A stretch of 64,000 nt of DNA from Vicugna vicugna (taxonomy: Eukaryota): contig MU058213.1 in the NCBI GenBank assembly GCA_013265495.1, positions 7,394,066 through 7,458,065 of the forward strand, read 5' to 3'. The position numbers were made by a program, and so were the translations under genes. The notes below the pieces were generated by a model, which was not told the DNA's origin, did no database searches, and saw only the letters and a list, made by a program, of their open reading frames with translations. This document shows, piece after piece, positions 50,491-63,999 of this stretch (within the stretch, counting starts at the first letter, position 1; each line of letters opens with the position of its first letter).

Positions 50491-51195
50491 TCCTTTGTGA
50501 AGCACACAAAGAAGCCTCCCATCACTTATATTGACAAGATAAATCTAAGCTGCTTAAAGAAGCACTTAATTTTGTTCTCATTAAGTCCCAGGGTTAAAGG
50601 CTTTACCCTCAACATTCATGGAAGCAGTGTTAGGTTTTCACCTTGGAAAGTTCTCTGAGGCCCTAAGTCCATTGACAAATATAGCACTAAGATGGGTTAC
50701 AGAAACATGCATCGGAAAGCCAGTTGCATTGCCGCCCACATTCCCACTTGGCTCCACTTTGCCCGGTGGACATAGAACGTGCAAGAACACCAGAGGGGCA
50801 CGAGTGCTCACCCCTCCGTCTTGAAGCATGCACATTTGCAATTAATCAACAGTGGATGTGGAGATGGGCAGATGAGGACAGCCACCAGCCGGTTTTACCA
50901 CTAGAACTAGGAGGCTTAATCTGCTTAACGGCAATTAGGTTGATGTCACTCTAACATTTTTTCCTGTTGCTTTAGGGACCGAGAAGATGCCCGCTCACAT
51001 CACACATCCTTTTCTGGCCAATATGAATGGGGCAGGTGCTGGAGAAGTGGTAATGGGCAATGTAAGGTGCATCCTTATTCATCCCTGTGATTTGATTACA
51101 GCCGTATATGTCCCAACACCATATATTTGAGCCTAGAAACATACTACTTGGGATTTAAGAAAAATGTGAGCACTTAAAGGAGAGATAGGAAGACA

Positions 51196-51503
51196 ACAGC
51201 CACTCTGACAGGTGCGAGGTGGTATCTCATTGGAGCTTTGATTTCTATTTCCCTAATGATTAGCGATGTTAACCATCTCTTTTTTTATGTGCCTGTGGCA
51301 TCCGTATGTTTTTTTCCCCCCTGGGAAAATGTATATTCGTCTCCTCTGTCCATTTTTTAACTGAGTTGCTTGGTTTTTTTGTTGTTGAGTTGTACGAGTT
51401 CTTTATATATTTTGTATATTAACCCTCTGTTGGAGACAAATATCTCCTCCCATTCCGTAGGTTGTCTTTTCATTGTGTTGATGGTTTCCTTTGCTGTGCA
51501 GAA
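51196..51503 (-). mobile_element. Internal L1 ORF2 3' fragment
   Basis: agccactctgacaggtgcgaggtggtatctcatt...tttccctaatgattagcgatg...gtttcctttgctgtgcagaa. Confidence 0.88.
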
Positions 51504-51769
51504 AGAAAGAAAAAAGGAAAGAAGGAAGAAGAAAAAAGGAAAGGAGGAGGAAATATATCAAAATTTTAATTGTGTGTCTAGTGTTTTTCCTTCTTTCTGC
51601 TTTTATATCTTTTCCAAATTTTTAATAATGAGTATTGTTTTATTTTTATACTGGGGGTGATGAAATGAATTTGATTTTGACAATTTATTAAAACCTCTTA
51701 AAAAATAAATTCTAATGAAATAGGCTTTAAACCCCCTCAATGCCTTCAAGGAATTAAAAAAAAAGTTTT

Positions 51770-51909
51770 TTAAGCTTTATTTTTGCAGGGGGTAGGTAAC
51801 TAGGTTTGTTTGTTGGTTGGTTTGTTTGTTTTTAATGGAGGCACTGGGAATTGAACCCAGGACCTCATACATGCTAAGCATGGGCTCTACCATTGAGCTA
51901 TATCCTCCC
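51770..51909 (-). mobile_element. Camelid tRNA(Ala)-derived SINE (Vic-1 type)
   Basis: Minus strand gggaggatatagctcaatggtagagcccatgcttagcatgtatgaggtcctgggttcaattcccagtgcctcca; A box 51890-51900, B box 51847-51857; tail aaacctagttacctaccccc. Confidence 0.85.
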
Positions 51910-53714
51910 TCACCTTACAAATTTTTTTTTCTAAGCCCTCAAGGAATTTTACCTCTAACGGTAGGCAAGACAATTCTGACAAAGATGGATGGCCCCAGAC
52001 TTGAATGGACAGAGTGTAAAGGTAAGGATTTTTGGAAAGGGTCTACATCCTGGCTCCTTCCTGGGGCTTTTTCATGGTTCCGGAGATGAGCTGTGGTAGG
52101 GGCTATATTGGGCTGCGGTTACAAGGAAAGAAGGGTGTGGCCATGCTCCTCTCATCACACTATCCCAAGAGCAAACAAAACCCACAAACTCTGTTGTCAG
52201 ACTGCCTGGGAGGCTCCCTGAAGGTGCTGAAGGCACACTTCTAGAGGGTGGGGCTGAGGAAGCTTTGATGCAAAAATAAAGATAATCACCCGAGCTCTCT
52301 CGGGCAGAGTTTTCTGTTGTTGCCTTCCTACCGGCCCTTACTCTCCGTAGAAGTTAACTAGCTTTTGCTTAAATCTCTCAGAGAAGCATTAACCTTCCCA
52401 TAAAATAAATGGAAAAGATAAAACTCTTCCAAAGGTGGTCATGGATGCACTGGAAAGAATGAGGAGATAGAACTGAAGCTGCGGGTTCTTCGAGTGCATC
52501 ATCTCAGTCGGACGGGCGCCAGTTCACAGAACTCTGCATTTGAGACACGTTATACCAGGCCTTCTTGGCTGCTGATCCTGCTCAGACCGTGGTCACCTTT
52601 TGCATCACACAACATTGGCCTCAAGCCTTCCATCCTGAACGCCTCTGACTCGTCTCGCTGTGGATGGTGAATGAACTTGCACAAGGCACCACACTGCTCT
52701 CCACAACGACCTACATTATGTTTTCCTGTGAATGAGTTTAATGGATTAAGATCTGATGCGCGTGAGCTTCCACATGTGATGGCTGGGGGCTGGCAAGGCA
52801 CCTCCTGGGCCCGCTGAGGCACAACAGACATTTGCTCTGGGTTCTCAGCTCTAAAATTCACTCAACAACTTACTTGAAGTTCTCTCTCTCTCTCTCTTTT
52901 TTTTCTTTTGCATGGTGCTTTGTTTTGCTTTTCCCCAGCAAGACCCTCATTCTCATGATGATATTTTTCTGCCAGGCAAGAAGAAAAAAGAAGAGGAAAA
53001 AGAAAAAGTGTACAGTTCTCTATTAAGTAGTGAAGAATCCTAGGCACCTTGTACTTCATTGTAGTAAGTTACCCAAAACACAGGGCACGTTGAACTGGTT
53101 TCGTCTGAAGGCTGGGCTTGTATTAAATGACGAATAAGGCATTTTGACATGATCTGGAAAATGAGGTGACTAGAAAATGAATACCGGTTTAAAAAGTTTT
53201 CCCTGACATTTCTGGGGACTGGAGTTTGGCTTTAAAAATTTCCACTCAGAACTCACGTAATCAATTTATGGAATATCCCCACAAGTACGAATGCAGTGAT
53301 GGCTCTGTGATGGCTGAGCAGGTGCTCAACGACAGTGTGACTTAATCAGAGGATTCAATACCCATAGGGTCAAAAGGCCATACAATGAACAAACTGAGAA
53401 ATGGAGAGCTGTCTTTACCATATAATTATTATAAAGGAGACAAGGGCATTTTAGAAAATCAGAGGGGAAGTGACAGCAGTGTCTATGTTCTTTGGTATCC
53501 AAGTCCTTTAAAAACAAGCTTCTGGAGTTATGGTTAGAAATCCACGCCATCCTCTTTCACCAACCAAACTGCCTTTTTTTTTTTTTTGGAGTGTATATTC
53601 TGCTTTATAGACTGTAAGAATTAGGAAAACTGGGAGATAATTTCTCTAAAGGGAAGCATAATCTATTTGCTTAATGATCCTAGAAGGAGCTAATCAGTAT
53701 CATTCCTCTTAGAA

Positions 53715-53960
53715 ATAATAATACTTTGCTTTTATGTAAAATCTTTCTCCAAGGAGTGTACAGGGCATTACAGATGCTACCTAATTAATCCTCCCAGGGT
53801 CCCCAGGTGGGAAGGGAGGTGGCAGGTACTATGAAGCTTTCTCAGCACCATCAACGCATCTCAGGTGAGGAAGTGGAGCTACATAAAGAGTGGTGAAAAG
53901 GGACCACGCCTAGTAAATTAGGCTAGGTCTGCGTGACCTCAGAGCACCTCGTCAGCTCAT
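53715..53960 (-). mobile_element. Degenerate MIR
   Basis: taatcctcccag...caggtgaggaagtggagct. Confidence 0.5.
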
Positions 53961-55169
53961 TGAAAAAAAGAATCAATCAAGCTTGATACTGTTGCCAAAT
54001 GAACAACAGGACAGGACCATCTGACCACATGCTTTGCCCTTCCCGCAAGCTGTGCTCGTGCGGCACGAGCTTTAATGGCGCAGCCAAGGAAGGGACCCTC
54101 GTTTCCTGACTTTTCGCCCGGTGGTCTCTTCAGAGAGCAAACCTGGATAGCCTGGGTGGTGTGGATAACTTGCGCTTTCTGTTTGCTGCTCAACACAGCA
54201 CCCTCAAAGAGTACAGTACACCAAAGTGTGTGGCTGTGGTTCCAGTTCTAGGACCCTCGGCGACATGGGCTTCTATATGGTATTTTGGGGGTGCAGTGGC
54301 TTGGTAAGAAGGAGTCAGGGGCTTGAATGATCTGTTTGGTATTCCTGCTCTGTCAGATCGGTAAGGGTCATGCCGCCAGTCTACATGTCTTGCATCAAGA
54401 GAGATCTAATCCTGGAAGGCCTGAGAGAGGATGTGTTTGTCCTCTTGCCTTAAGTCCTGCTCCATGTCATTTTTAAACATTCCATGGGCAGAATTCAGCT
54501 TCCCACGGTTGTACACCCTCTCTGGAGACAGACGCCTACACCAGCGTCTTGATCAATAACTGATGAACCGAAGAGGGTGCTTTTGCCAAGAGTGAGCCAG
54601 CCTGCAAATAACAGCCCGCTGAGCACTTCCTAAACTGCAGACTCTTTGTGCCAGGCTCTCTGGGGAATTAGGGCTCAGCTAAAATCACTTTCCAAAAAGG
54701 AAAAATACCCCAAGAGGAAATCCAGTCAAATTAATAAACGACCTGCCTCTGATGTGAACTACATTTTTTTTTGACATATTGCAATAATGAATAGTTTCTG
54801 ATTCTTACTTACCTAGCTCAGGAGAAGTTATTTGTCTGCTTTTTTTTTTTCTTTCCCAAAGACACTAATAATGTCATTTGTTCAGCAAATGGAGGTGTAT
54901 GGGGTGTTCTGAGGAGAGACACGCTTTGCTCAACCTTGGAACTTAACAGGTCGATCAGATGGCCCTCAGTTGCTCCCCGGAGCATGCGGTCTTGGTGTGC
55001 TTGTACAGAGGTGGGCACCTGCTGAAAAACCTCAGAATGGCAGGCTGGGCTCACTGCTGGCAACTGTAAAGGGAAGACCTCTCCCCAAAACCCTGAATTA
55101 ACTCTCTGACTCTAGCTTGCCCCTCATAAAGCAAGAATAATTCCCTGTAAGCATCCATGATCCTCTATT

Positions 55170-55640
55170 TCTTGTGGTCCCTAAGGACACCTCCTTTCCT
55201 CACTCCCCCAGAAATCCTCTCTTACTACTCTCCTTGGCTCCTGCCTCTCCCGCAACTCTTCTCTTCCTGCTTTGAGTTCCCCCCATTGCGCCCAGGTCTT
55301 CGCTTGTACACTGGCCATTCTCCAGCCTGGAATATTACTCCATCCCTCCAAATTAAGCCTTTCCCCTTCTTGGCATGGGGCGTCCACTTTAATTTCTCCC
55401 AGACCTGTTCCTCATCCCAGTCATCTCTGCAGGATTTACGTAAAACTAATTGCATACATACTTGATTTCATGTATATTACTTATTTGCATACATTTCCAT
55501 GAATATTTGCTCAAACTGCTCCTTCCAAAGAAACTCTGGACTCCTTGGATTGAGGCTTAATATTTAGATTTCTTGAAGGGAGAGACAGTATCTATTGGGT
55601 CCTTTGAACATCCCCATAGCCCTCTGGCTGCAGACCCTCT
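55170..55640 (+). mobile_element. L2 region
   Basis: gccattctccagcctggaat...cttgaagggggagacagtatc...catccccatagc. Confidence 0.55.
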
Positions 55641-56514
55641 GGCCACAGAGGGTCCTTCTGTGTTATTTGTCTGTCCAAGGCACCTATCTTCTTTTTTAAA
55701 AAATCAGAATGTCACCACCTTCTCATCCAAGTGGCATTCCACTGTGGCTTAGTATGAGAAGTTGGGCGTCTTTGTCATTTTATGCCTGTGTGTGTCCCAA
55801 GGTGGGTGGGAGAAACACTTAGAAATAGCCTCTATTATATAAAGGGCCGGGAAGGAATTTTCCAAACCATTTGTACAAAAATTCTTCCTCTCAACTCCCC
55901 AGACTCTCCGTCGAAATGCTGACATCTTCTCCCCGCTCCCGGGCCCTTTCCATCCCCTACGCTTTCACCCTCCCTGTTCCCAGGGTACAGCAGCAACACT
56001 GCGGCCCAGTCTGTTTGGTATTAGAGTTAAAATTATTTATATCTTACAGCTTAGGCTTGTTTATGCCGTAGAATTCTGAGAAGGAAGTGAATCAGGAGAT
56101 CTGTCCCCTAACAGGGCATCCAGGGGTCAGGCTGAACACAAGCACTGATGATAAGGTAGCCCCGTGCCGGACAGCTAGCTTCACTGCAGACCTCGAACAA
56201 CACCGGCCGTGCAGGGAAGAGGCCTTGGTGTAGTGGCAGTGCAGCCAGCAGAGGCTATGTGCACCGGCAGGCATGGGTACTTCAGAGCAGTTCCGGGAAC
56301 CCCACAGGGATGGCGAGAATCACAGAGGTTGTCAAGAAACCCCTGAACTACAGCCCCTTCCTCCAGGCCTTCCCACCCCAAAGCTTCCTTCAGAAATATC
56401 AGCGGTGGGATTGTGCAATATAACACACCCTGATATTTCCTCCCCTCGCTTGATGAACCACGTGTAAACTCCTCTTTGAACAAACCATATTTAAGTCTCT
56501 CACGCAGCAGGAAT

Positions 56515-56745
56515 TAACAGCTGCTACCGTTCGCTGGGTTTCTGCTAGGCACTGGATATTTCCCACGCAGATCTCATTTAATTCCACGGCGCTGAGAAAC
56601 CGTTACTGCTACCCTCGTTTTCACCGATTAAGAAACTCAGAGAGGCAAACTAACCTCCTAAAAGATCATAGCTATTAAGTAACAGACCGGGGAGTCAAAC
56701 CCAGGCCAGTTGATTCCAAAACCCATCACTTTCCTTTCGACCAGT
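56515..56745 (-). mobile_element. MIR SINE
   Basis: gctaggcactg...atctcatttaattcc...aagaaactcagagagg...gggagtcaaacccagg...gattccaaaaccca. Confidence 0.8.
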
Positions 56746-57024
56746 CTGTCTTCTGCACGATACGGATGAGGACATGGCCACCATGAAGGGGCAGGGCTGG
56801 AGGGTTTTGATGTAGAGGGAAGAAGCGATGAAAGTGTTGGGGTAATCGGAGTTCTTAACCTTGGTTTTACTGTCTCGGGAACACTTTGGAGTTGGCGGCT
56901 TGGTTAGTGGAGACTGGATTCCAAGCCAGGCTCTGCCACTTTGGACAAAGCCTCTGTCTTGTGTTGCACTTGGACTCGGAGGGAAGGATTCCTTCTTACC
57001 CTAAGAATAATCTCTGTCAAACAA

Positions 57025-57182
57025 CAGAAAAGATAACCAAAAAGGTCCTACCTTATAGCACAGGGAATTGTATTCAATATAACAGCCTATAATGAAAAAG
57101 AATATGAAAAGGAATATATATACGTAACTGAACCACTGCGCTGTACACCAGAAACTAACACAACATTATAAGCCGACTGTAA
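57025..57182 (+). mobile_element. L1 3' UTR fragment (cetartiodactyl type)
   Basis: aaggtcctaccttatagcacagggaattgtattcaata...aactgaaccactgcgctgtacaccagaaactaacacaacatt. Confidence 0.85.
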
Positions 57183-57954
57183 GAATGAATAACCTTCCAT
57201 GGTGAACATCTAGGCAGATCGTGGATAGGGATCCACCTAGGATGTGGTGTAAGAGATGTTTTACCAAGGCAAGAACTGTGAGATGCGGAGCTGGCTGTCA
57301 ATGGCTGGGTGGCCATCACTTGGCGTCTGTGCTCACATCCTCACTGTCGCGGCCAAAGCTCCCCCTGAGCAGTGGGAAGAGCGCGATGGGCCTCCTGGGT
57401 GGCTCCATGGTGCCTCGGGAAGCAGGGCTCTTCTCAGGGAGGGAGGGCAGGCCCGGCAGGAGGAGCCCCGGCAAAGCTTTGTCCCTCCCCGCCCCAGGGC
57501 ACACACGCACTCAGGACCTGTGGCCCCTGCAGCAGAAAGGGGCCACAGCGGTGATTCCTCCAGCCCCATCACTTAGAGGTAGGAGCCTGAGGCAACGCCA
57601 GGGGAAGCTCCTTGCTTAACCCGTCCCACTGCCAGAAGTGTTGCTCTGAGACCAGGATTCGGAGCTCCTTCTACCCCACAGTGCCAGGGCTTCTCCAGCC
57701 TCACTCCTCCCCTGCAGCCCGATCCAGAGAATAGAGGCATTGGCTCCCTAACACCCTGTAAGGATGGGTCACGCCAGCCCTTCTGACATGCGGCTCCCAG
57801 TGCAGCCTCCAAGCCCTCGAGGCCATGTGTCTTTCTCATTTCACCTGGAATTAGTCAGGAATGCACATTTCTCACTCCTGCTTCCAAATGCATACTCCTG
57901 CAGGCCTGAGACTGCGTTTCTTTCCCTCTTCATTGCCAACTTCTTTTTGCCCAA

Positions 57955-58024
57955 ATAGCTGCCAGCATAGAGCAGGTAATCAATACATATTTATTAAATA
58001 AATGAATGTATAATGAATAAATGT
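57955..58024 (+). mobile_element. L2 3' end
   Basis: agcatagagcaggtaatcaatacatatttattaaataaatgaatg. Confidence 0.7.
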
Positions 58025-61000
58025 CAAAAAGTTGCCTACAGTACTCAAGAAGATGGACAGCTTGAGGCAGTGGTTAATTAGAGGCCGACAGCAAAGAGGG
58101 GTAATGTAAGGTGACTCCTCTTCCCCATGATGGGCCCTGCCTCCCATGCACACACACACACACCCAGGAGCAGAAGGGTTTGTTTTTAGGGAGCTATTCT
58201 ATGGTTGAAGAGGAAGCTAGAATGAGGGTTGCCCATGATGTGAGAAGCACCCTAATGGTGGCTTTGGTCCTGCTGCCACTCGTCCCTTGTCCCCTCTCAC
58301 TGTTTCTGACCCTCCTGTCCTCCCTGGTCCTGGTACCTTCTAGCTCAAGACTAGGAGGAGATGGTTCTTCTTTAGGGCAGATGGTTTAACCTCAGATTAA
58401 TCCTCCACAGTTTTCAGAGGTGTCCAGACACACACTTTGGCATCCATGACCTACCAGAAAAATCCAAAATTTAGAACACCTTCACTAAAACAAATTATAT
58501 GATAATAAAACGCCAAATTCCTTAGCCTTCCCACGCTCACTCTCAAGATGCTGTAAATTAGAGGAGCAGGGGTTTTGATTTTCTCTTTTTTCCTGCCACA
58601 GTACCATAAAACTATTTTGTGATAGGTGATGTAATAAGACATGGATTTTTTTTTCTCTTTTAGAAATGAAATCTGAAATGTCAATGACACTGTATTTTTC
58701 TTCTGTGAATGTTAGCAGTGATGGTTGTTAGCCAAAGTGGCTGATATTTTCAAATGGAACCATACTGTAAATAGGACACATTGAAAATATCTTTGGGTTG
58801 GTTTAGGGACGAAGACTTAGACGCCAGAGGTGACATACCAGTGGTTCCCTACATGTCCTGTTTGGATTATAAATGGCTGGCTAGCATTTTTAAAATACTG
58901 AGTTATACTCCAATATTTAAATACCCAGACATTCCCTTTAAGACAGATATAAATATATATAGTATACAATCCAGATCAAGTGTGATTGTACAATGATGGA
59001 ACATAGGCTTTGTGCTGCCATAGTTTCAAGAAAATATGGAAATCTATCTCTCATCTATCTATTTCTCTGTCTATATCTTGGAGATGAAAATCCTCTCTCT
59101 CAGACTAGAAAGCCCCAAATCTCCCTGCTCCAGAATTTTGGACCTCTACCCTATGCAACATTCAGGGCAGATACTCCAAACCTCAGTCAAGCTGGAAAAA
59201 AGCAACAGTTTAGGTTACATTAATCAGCAAAGCGAACAGATTTTTCATTTCTTTGACTTTTTTCAGACGGTAGCCGGGGTTTCACTGGCAAGAAAAGATC
59301 GCACTAAATTATTCTAAATTAGGTAGGAAGATTACGGTCATTAATACAGTCATCTTCCATAAGAAAATGAATGTGCCGAAGCCAGCCATCCATGCCAGAG
59401 GGGCCAAGGAGCCCTAACTCTGATCAGGCTGCCCGGCCACCCAGGATCATGACAGTCACTCCTCCGGCCACAGCAACGGGGCTCAGGAGGTCACCAGGTT
59501 CAAGGGAATGTCTTCTCGGCCTCCTCCTCCCCCCGTCTCTCTACCCAGTGAGAAAACCAACGGCGCCTCTTATCAGTTGGGCAAAAAGACAAAGGGAATG
59601 TTTACCTCTGTAGCTAAAACTCTTGGTTTCTATTGTCAGCATTCCCAGTTCTCAGAGAACACTGGATGGACATTGGAAGGGTCCTGTGAAACTGAGACTG
59701 AAGGTTAACAATGAGGAGGAAAAGCTCCAAAATTAAAAGAATGTTTTACAATACACTTCTCTGTATATTTTACTCTCCTAGCTTCCCTCCCCTCCACAAC
59801 CAAGGGACAGACGACCCTGAGGAATATTCCCACAGGAGGGAGGCCAAGTGATGTTGCCACCCTGCCTGCGTTCAGATCCTCACCGCCACGCTTAGGTAAG
59901 GGCGGACTGGGGTAAGCCACCGAACGTCTCCATGTGACAGTCTCCACACCAGTGACCTGAGGTCAGCTCCATCCCTGGTTCAGGTACCTGCCCCACAGGA
60001 AGGGCTCAGTATATAGGAGCTGCTATTATCATTTTAAGTTTTCTAAAGAAAGCACTTGATTTCAAGACGCACATCTTACAACAGGATTTTCAGTGTACGG
60101 TCACAGCTGCCAGCTGGCAGACCGCTGACCCCAAGCCTCTTAGGCTAAGATTTCAGAGTAAGAAAGTTCTTCAGCCATCTCAAATGAGCGAGGTGCCCTC
60201 GCTTAGCAAACCCGGGCCCTGCAGAAACCCAAGAGCAACTGAATGAGCACCTTCTTAATTCTTGCTCGTTTACAGAAGGATTATTTTTCCCACACATAAA
60301 ATGGGCATTTGTGGGGAATCCTGGGATGTCAAAATGGGCTTCTGCCTTCCCTGTCTAACAACATACTGGTGTGACCTGTGACCAGATAGAAAAGGAGGTC
60401 ATCGAAGGAGCCCACTGCTGCACTCAAAATGGCGCCTCCTTATTCTGTCAACTGAATCATGGACTCCTTAAATTCTGAGGCTGGAAGAGGTTGTACTGGC
60501 TCTCTTTTTGCGGAAATGTCATCCAGCCCTTGAGAGTTGAGGAAGAAGGACCAAAATCTCTTAACTACTTAGAGGCAAGGGTGGGGCTAGAATGCCCGTC
60601 ACGTGACTTCCTGTCAAATGAGTTTTTCATTTCTCAGGCTACCTCCAGCAGCTGGTTTGGCTGACTCTGCTGTTGGAAAACATCAGGCCTTGCAAGACTC
60701 TCTGATTGTAGCTCTTCCCTGCAAGACAGGATCGGCTTTCACAGCCATACTCTATACATCCTGTTCTTCCTCTTGTAGGCTCTGTGATGCAAAGCCTCCA
60801 CTGAGCCTCCAGTAGGTAATCATTTCTAGCAGAAGACCTACGCAGAGCAGGAATCCAACGTCCAAGGACACAGTGGGGAGGAAAGGAACAAACATAGGGC
60901 AAAAAAGAAGTTAGCTTGTGATGAAGGTTTGAAAACACCGAAGACTGAGAAGCTTCTATGAACGTGATGGGTCACAGTCAGCTGTAAAATATCATTTTCC

Positions 61001-61637
61001 TTTGCGACCTTTCTGGTAAAGCTTCCTGGAAACAGGTGGGTGGTAAACTCTCACTCTGTCTTTGCAAAGCAAAACACATGGTGTGTGGTGGCTGTCGGAA
61101 GAGAGCTGACTTGGAGATTGTCGAAGGAGTGTAGAAGCAGTCTGGGCGAACAAAACTATGAAAACCACAGTTTTATTCATTCCTTAAGGTTTGCATTCAC
61201 ACAAATCGTGCAAACTATTCTGCATGTTGAAAAACAACAAAAACCAAAATCATATTTTTAGAAAGGGAACATAATGAAAACACAATGGAGTTTCCATGGA
61301 CCTTCCAAACAGTGCCCAGGAACAGTTTTTAATAAATTCAGAGGCTAGCTTTTTGCTAACTGTATGCATGCGTGGGCACACACAGACGCCTGGTTCTGTA
61401 GTTAAAAAGCCATCTGAATGCTGGAGGAGAGAAAGATCCATTCTCCAGTTTAAGCCACCAGTCTGGAGATTCTCAGTTGGAAGAAATTCTGTTATACTCT
61501 TTTTTTTTAATAAAAAAATTATGATTCTTCTTCTCAGCCTAATGCAGGAGAATTGCCTTTACCCAGAAATGATCTTACGCTACACTAGAACCACTCAGTC
61601 AGCATCTTTAATTATCATTTCCCACAAGCCTCTAGGC

Positions 61638-61793
61638 CAGTGCCTCTCAAAGTTTAATGTGCATACGAATTGCCTGGAGAACTTGTTAAAAATGCTGATT
61701 CTGATTCACTAGGTCTGGAATGGGCCCTGAGATTCTGTGCAAGTTCCCAGTTGATGCCAAAATTCTAGTCCATGGACTAAATTTTAGTAGCAA
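61638..61793. mobile_element. MER5A-like hAT-Charlie DNA transposon
   Basis: cagtgcctctcaaagtttaatgtgcatacgaattgcctggagaacttgttaaaatgctgattctgattcactaggtctgg. Confidence 0.85.
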
Positions 61794-61974
61794 AATTCTA
61801 GACCGAGCCCACTTAACATTATTCTCACCAGGGCAAGAAATGGGCCATAGACGATTACAGTATAGCAGGAGTCTATGAATTACTATGTTCCTTGTGAACC
61901 TTCCCTCATTTCAATATCTCCTCAGTACCATCTTTCTTCCCTCTCTTCTGAATGCACTTGCCGTTACTAACCTA

Positions 61975-62170
61975 AAGGAGGCAGTCAACTGCACTGGAAC
62001 ACTGGAACGAACATGCAGACTTGGGTTTGAACTTCAGCACCACGACCGACAAGCCAGGCAATTCTCATCTCTGAGCCACATCACTAACGTGCAGCTAAGA
62101 GACCCACCTACGTACCTGTTATTGTGGATAAATGACGGAACGTCCAGACCCCAGCACAGTGCCTTACACA
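61975..62170 (+). mobile_element. Degenerate MIR
   Basis: gcagacttgggtttgaacttcagc...ctctgagcc...cccagcacagtgcc. Confidence 0.6.
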
Positions 62171-62444
62171 ACCATCATGTCCCCTTCCTTCTTCCTTTAA
62201 AGTGTCATGCCCAGAATCAGGGCTTCACGTGTGACCTGATCAGCACAGACCTGAAGAAGGGATGGGGTTTATAAGACCTACAGCGTGTTACTAAGGTCGG
62301 CTCAGGATGCTGGAAGTTGGAAGGCAAGGTGGGTGGAGGGACAGGTACAGTCTTCCTCTCTTGGCAGTGAGTTATAAAATCCTTGTTCTGCTTTGTCTGC
62401 TATCATCACTCCCAAATTGACCTCTTTTGATCTCATCAGTGATT

Positions 62445-62495
62445 GATTTAACATATTTTTATTAAGCTCCTATTATGTGCCAGGCCCTGAATCAA
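62445..62495 (-). mobile_element. L2 3' end
   Basis: atttaacatattttttattaagctcctattatgtgccaggc. Confidence 0.7.
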
Positions 62496-63779
62496 ATATC
62501 CAGATGAAGCTTCCAGATGTATCCAGCTTCTAGATGAGCTGGATTTAATGTAGAAAAACTTTGGATAATTGATCAAAACATTGCCTTTTCATTCTAGTCT
62601 TTGATGTTCTATAGTTGGAATCTTCCTATCAGTGAAAGTATGTCAATAGGGTAGAGCTGAAAATTCTGGTGATGGATTTCCTAATGAAAATTAGTGTCGC
62701 ATACAGGCAGAAATATACAGTGGTCTGGGCACCCCTAGATAGAGATTTATCATTCTGTTCATCCATCAGTCACCAGTGGAAGGATCTTTCTAGAATGCTC
62801 AAGTTTCTCACCTCATCCCTGGTTCTGCATCCAGGCACGGTCACTACTTGCCAACTTCTTCCGTGTTTTCCTCTTGTGGAATTCAAGGTGAGCATGACAG
62901 CAGAGAAAAAAAGACATTCACCGAGAAAAAGGTGATCTCCACTTATAAAAAACTAGTGCAGGAAACGAAAAAAGTTAGATTCACAAATGGAAGAGGAAAA
63001 ACCACTTTAGAAGAGGTTTTTTGGCCAGATATGAATGGAAGTCTTTGGCTGCATCACATGCAGATGAAGAGTGCTGGTTTGCTAAGTTTGACTGTCCTGC
63101 TTTCCTGTCAAAATTGTCACCATGTTGCAAATCGACTTGAAAAAGATAACTAGAGCCAGAGTGGAAAAGGAGAACTTGCTGCAAAGCTTGGGTAGCAGGA
63201 AATTCATCTAAACATCCACGTCTTGACTTCCTTCTAACCCAAAGTGCAGACCTCGGCAGAAAGCAGATGAGGAAGTCATTAACACATGGAAAAGGGATCT
63301 TTCCAAGGCACACCAAGACTGTGTCTTTCACTGAGGAACATCAAAAGGAATTGTACAGATATCTACCACAATAAAATAGTAAATTCTGACACAAAGCCGA
63401 GGAACTTCCCCAATAGATACAGGGCACCGTGTCATTACCAAGGCAAAGTTTGTTTGGCACCGGCTCTGGATCTGAAAGTGAATGTGGAGGTCAGAGTTCA
63501 AGGACTGACCTTTCTTGAGCTTTTTTTTTTTTTTTTAATGATCAGCAGTGTGTGTGAGGGGTGGGGGACGGAGGGGCTCTTGTAGATGATGGTTAACAAC
63601 ACAGTTAAAACTGCTCCGTTATGATTCACCGCTTTTCTCCCTTGTTTGGCTCTTTGTTTATAAATTTGTCTGTAAATCTGAAAATGGACTCAAAATTATA
63701 CAACAGCAAGGAATTATTAACTTTCTTTCATTTTATAATAATGGCTTTATGGTCACAGAGAACTCAAAAGAAATGTCTA

Positions 63780-63999
63780 CTTTGAAATACTTAGTGGTGA
63801 AATAACATGATGTCTGGGATTTTAATTCAACTTCTCTGGCAAATTTAAAAAGGGGATGTTTGTTTTTTTGGGGTGGGGGAGTAAATAAAAGAACTATGGT
63901 TCCATGTGGATGGTTGTTAACGCTGCATGATGGGTCCAGTGGAGGACTGCGTTGTCTTTCGACTCCTGAGTATGTTTGGGGATTTTTACAATAAAAGTT
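63780..63999 (+). mobile_element. Old L1M 3' end
   Basis: tgaaatacttagtggtgaaataacatgatgtctgggatt...tgatgggt...tatgtttggggatttttacaataaaagtt. Confidence 0.7.

Noticed and set aside
51836..51909. Possible tRNA-Ala gene
   Set aside because: Diverged stems and an attached SINE tail indicate a tRNA-derived SINE
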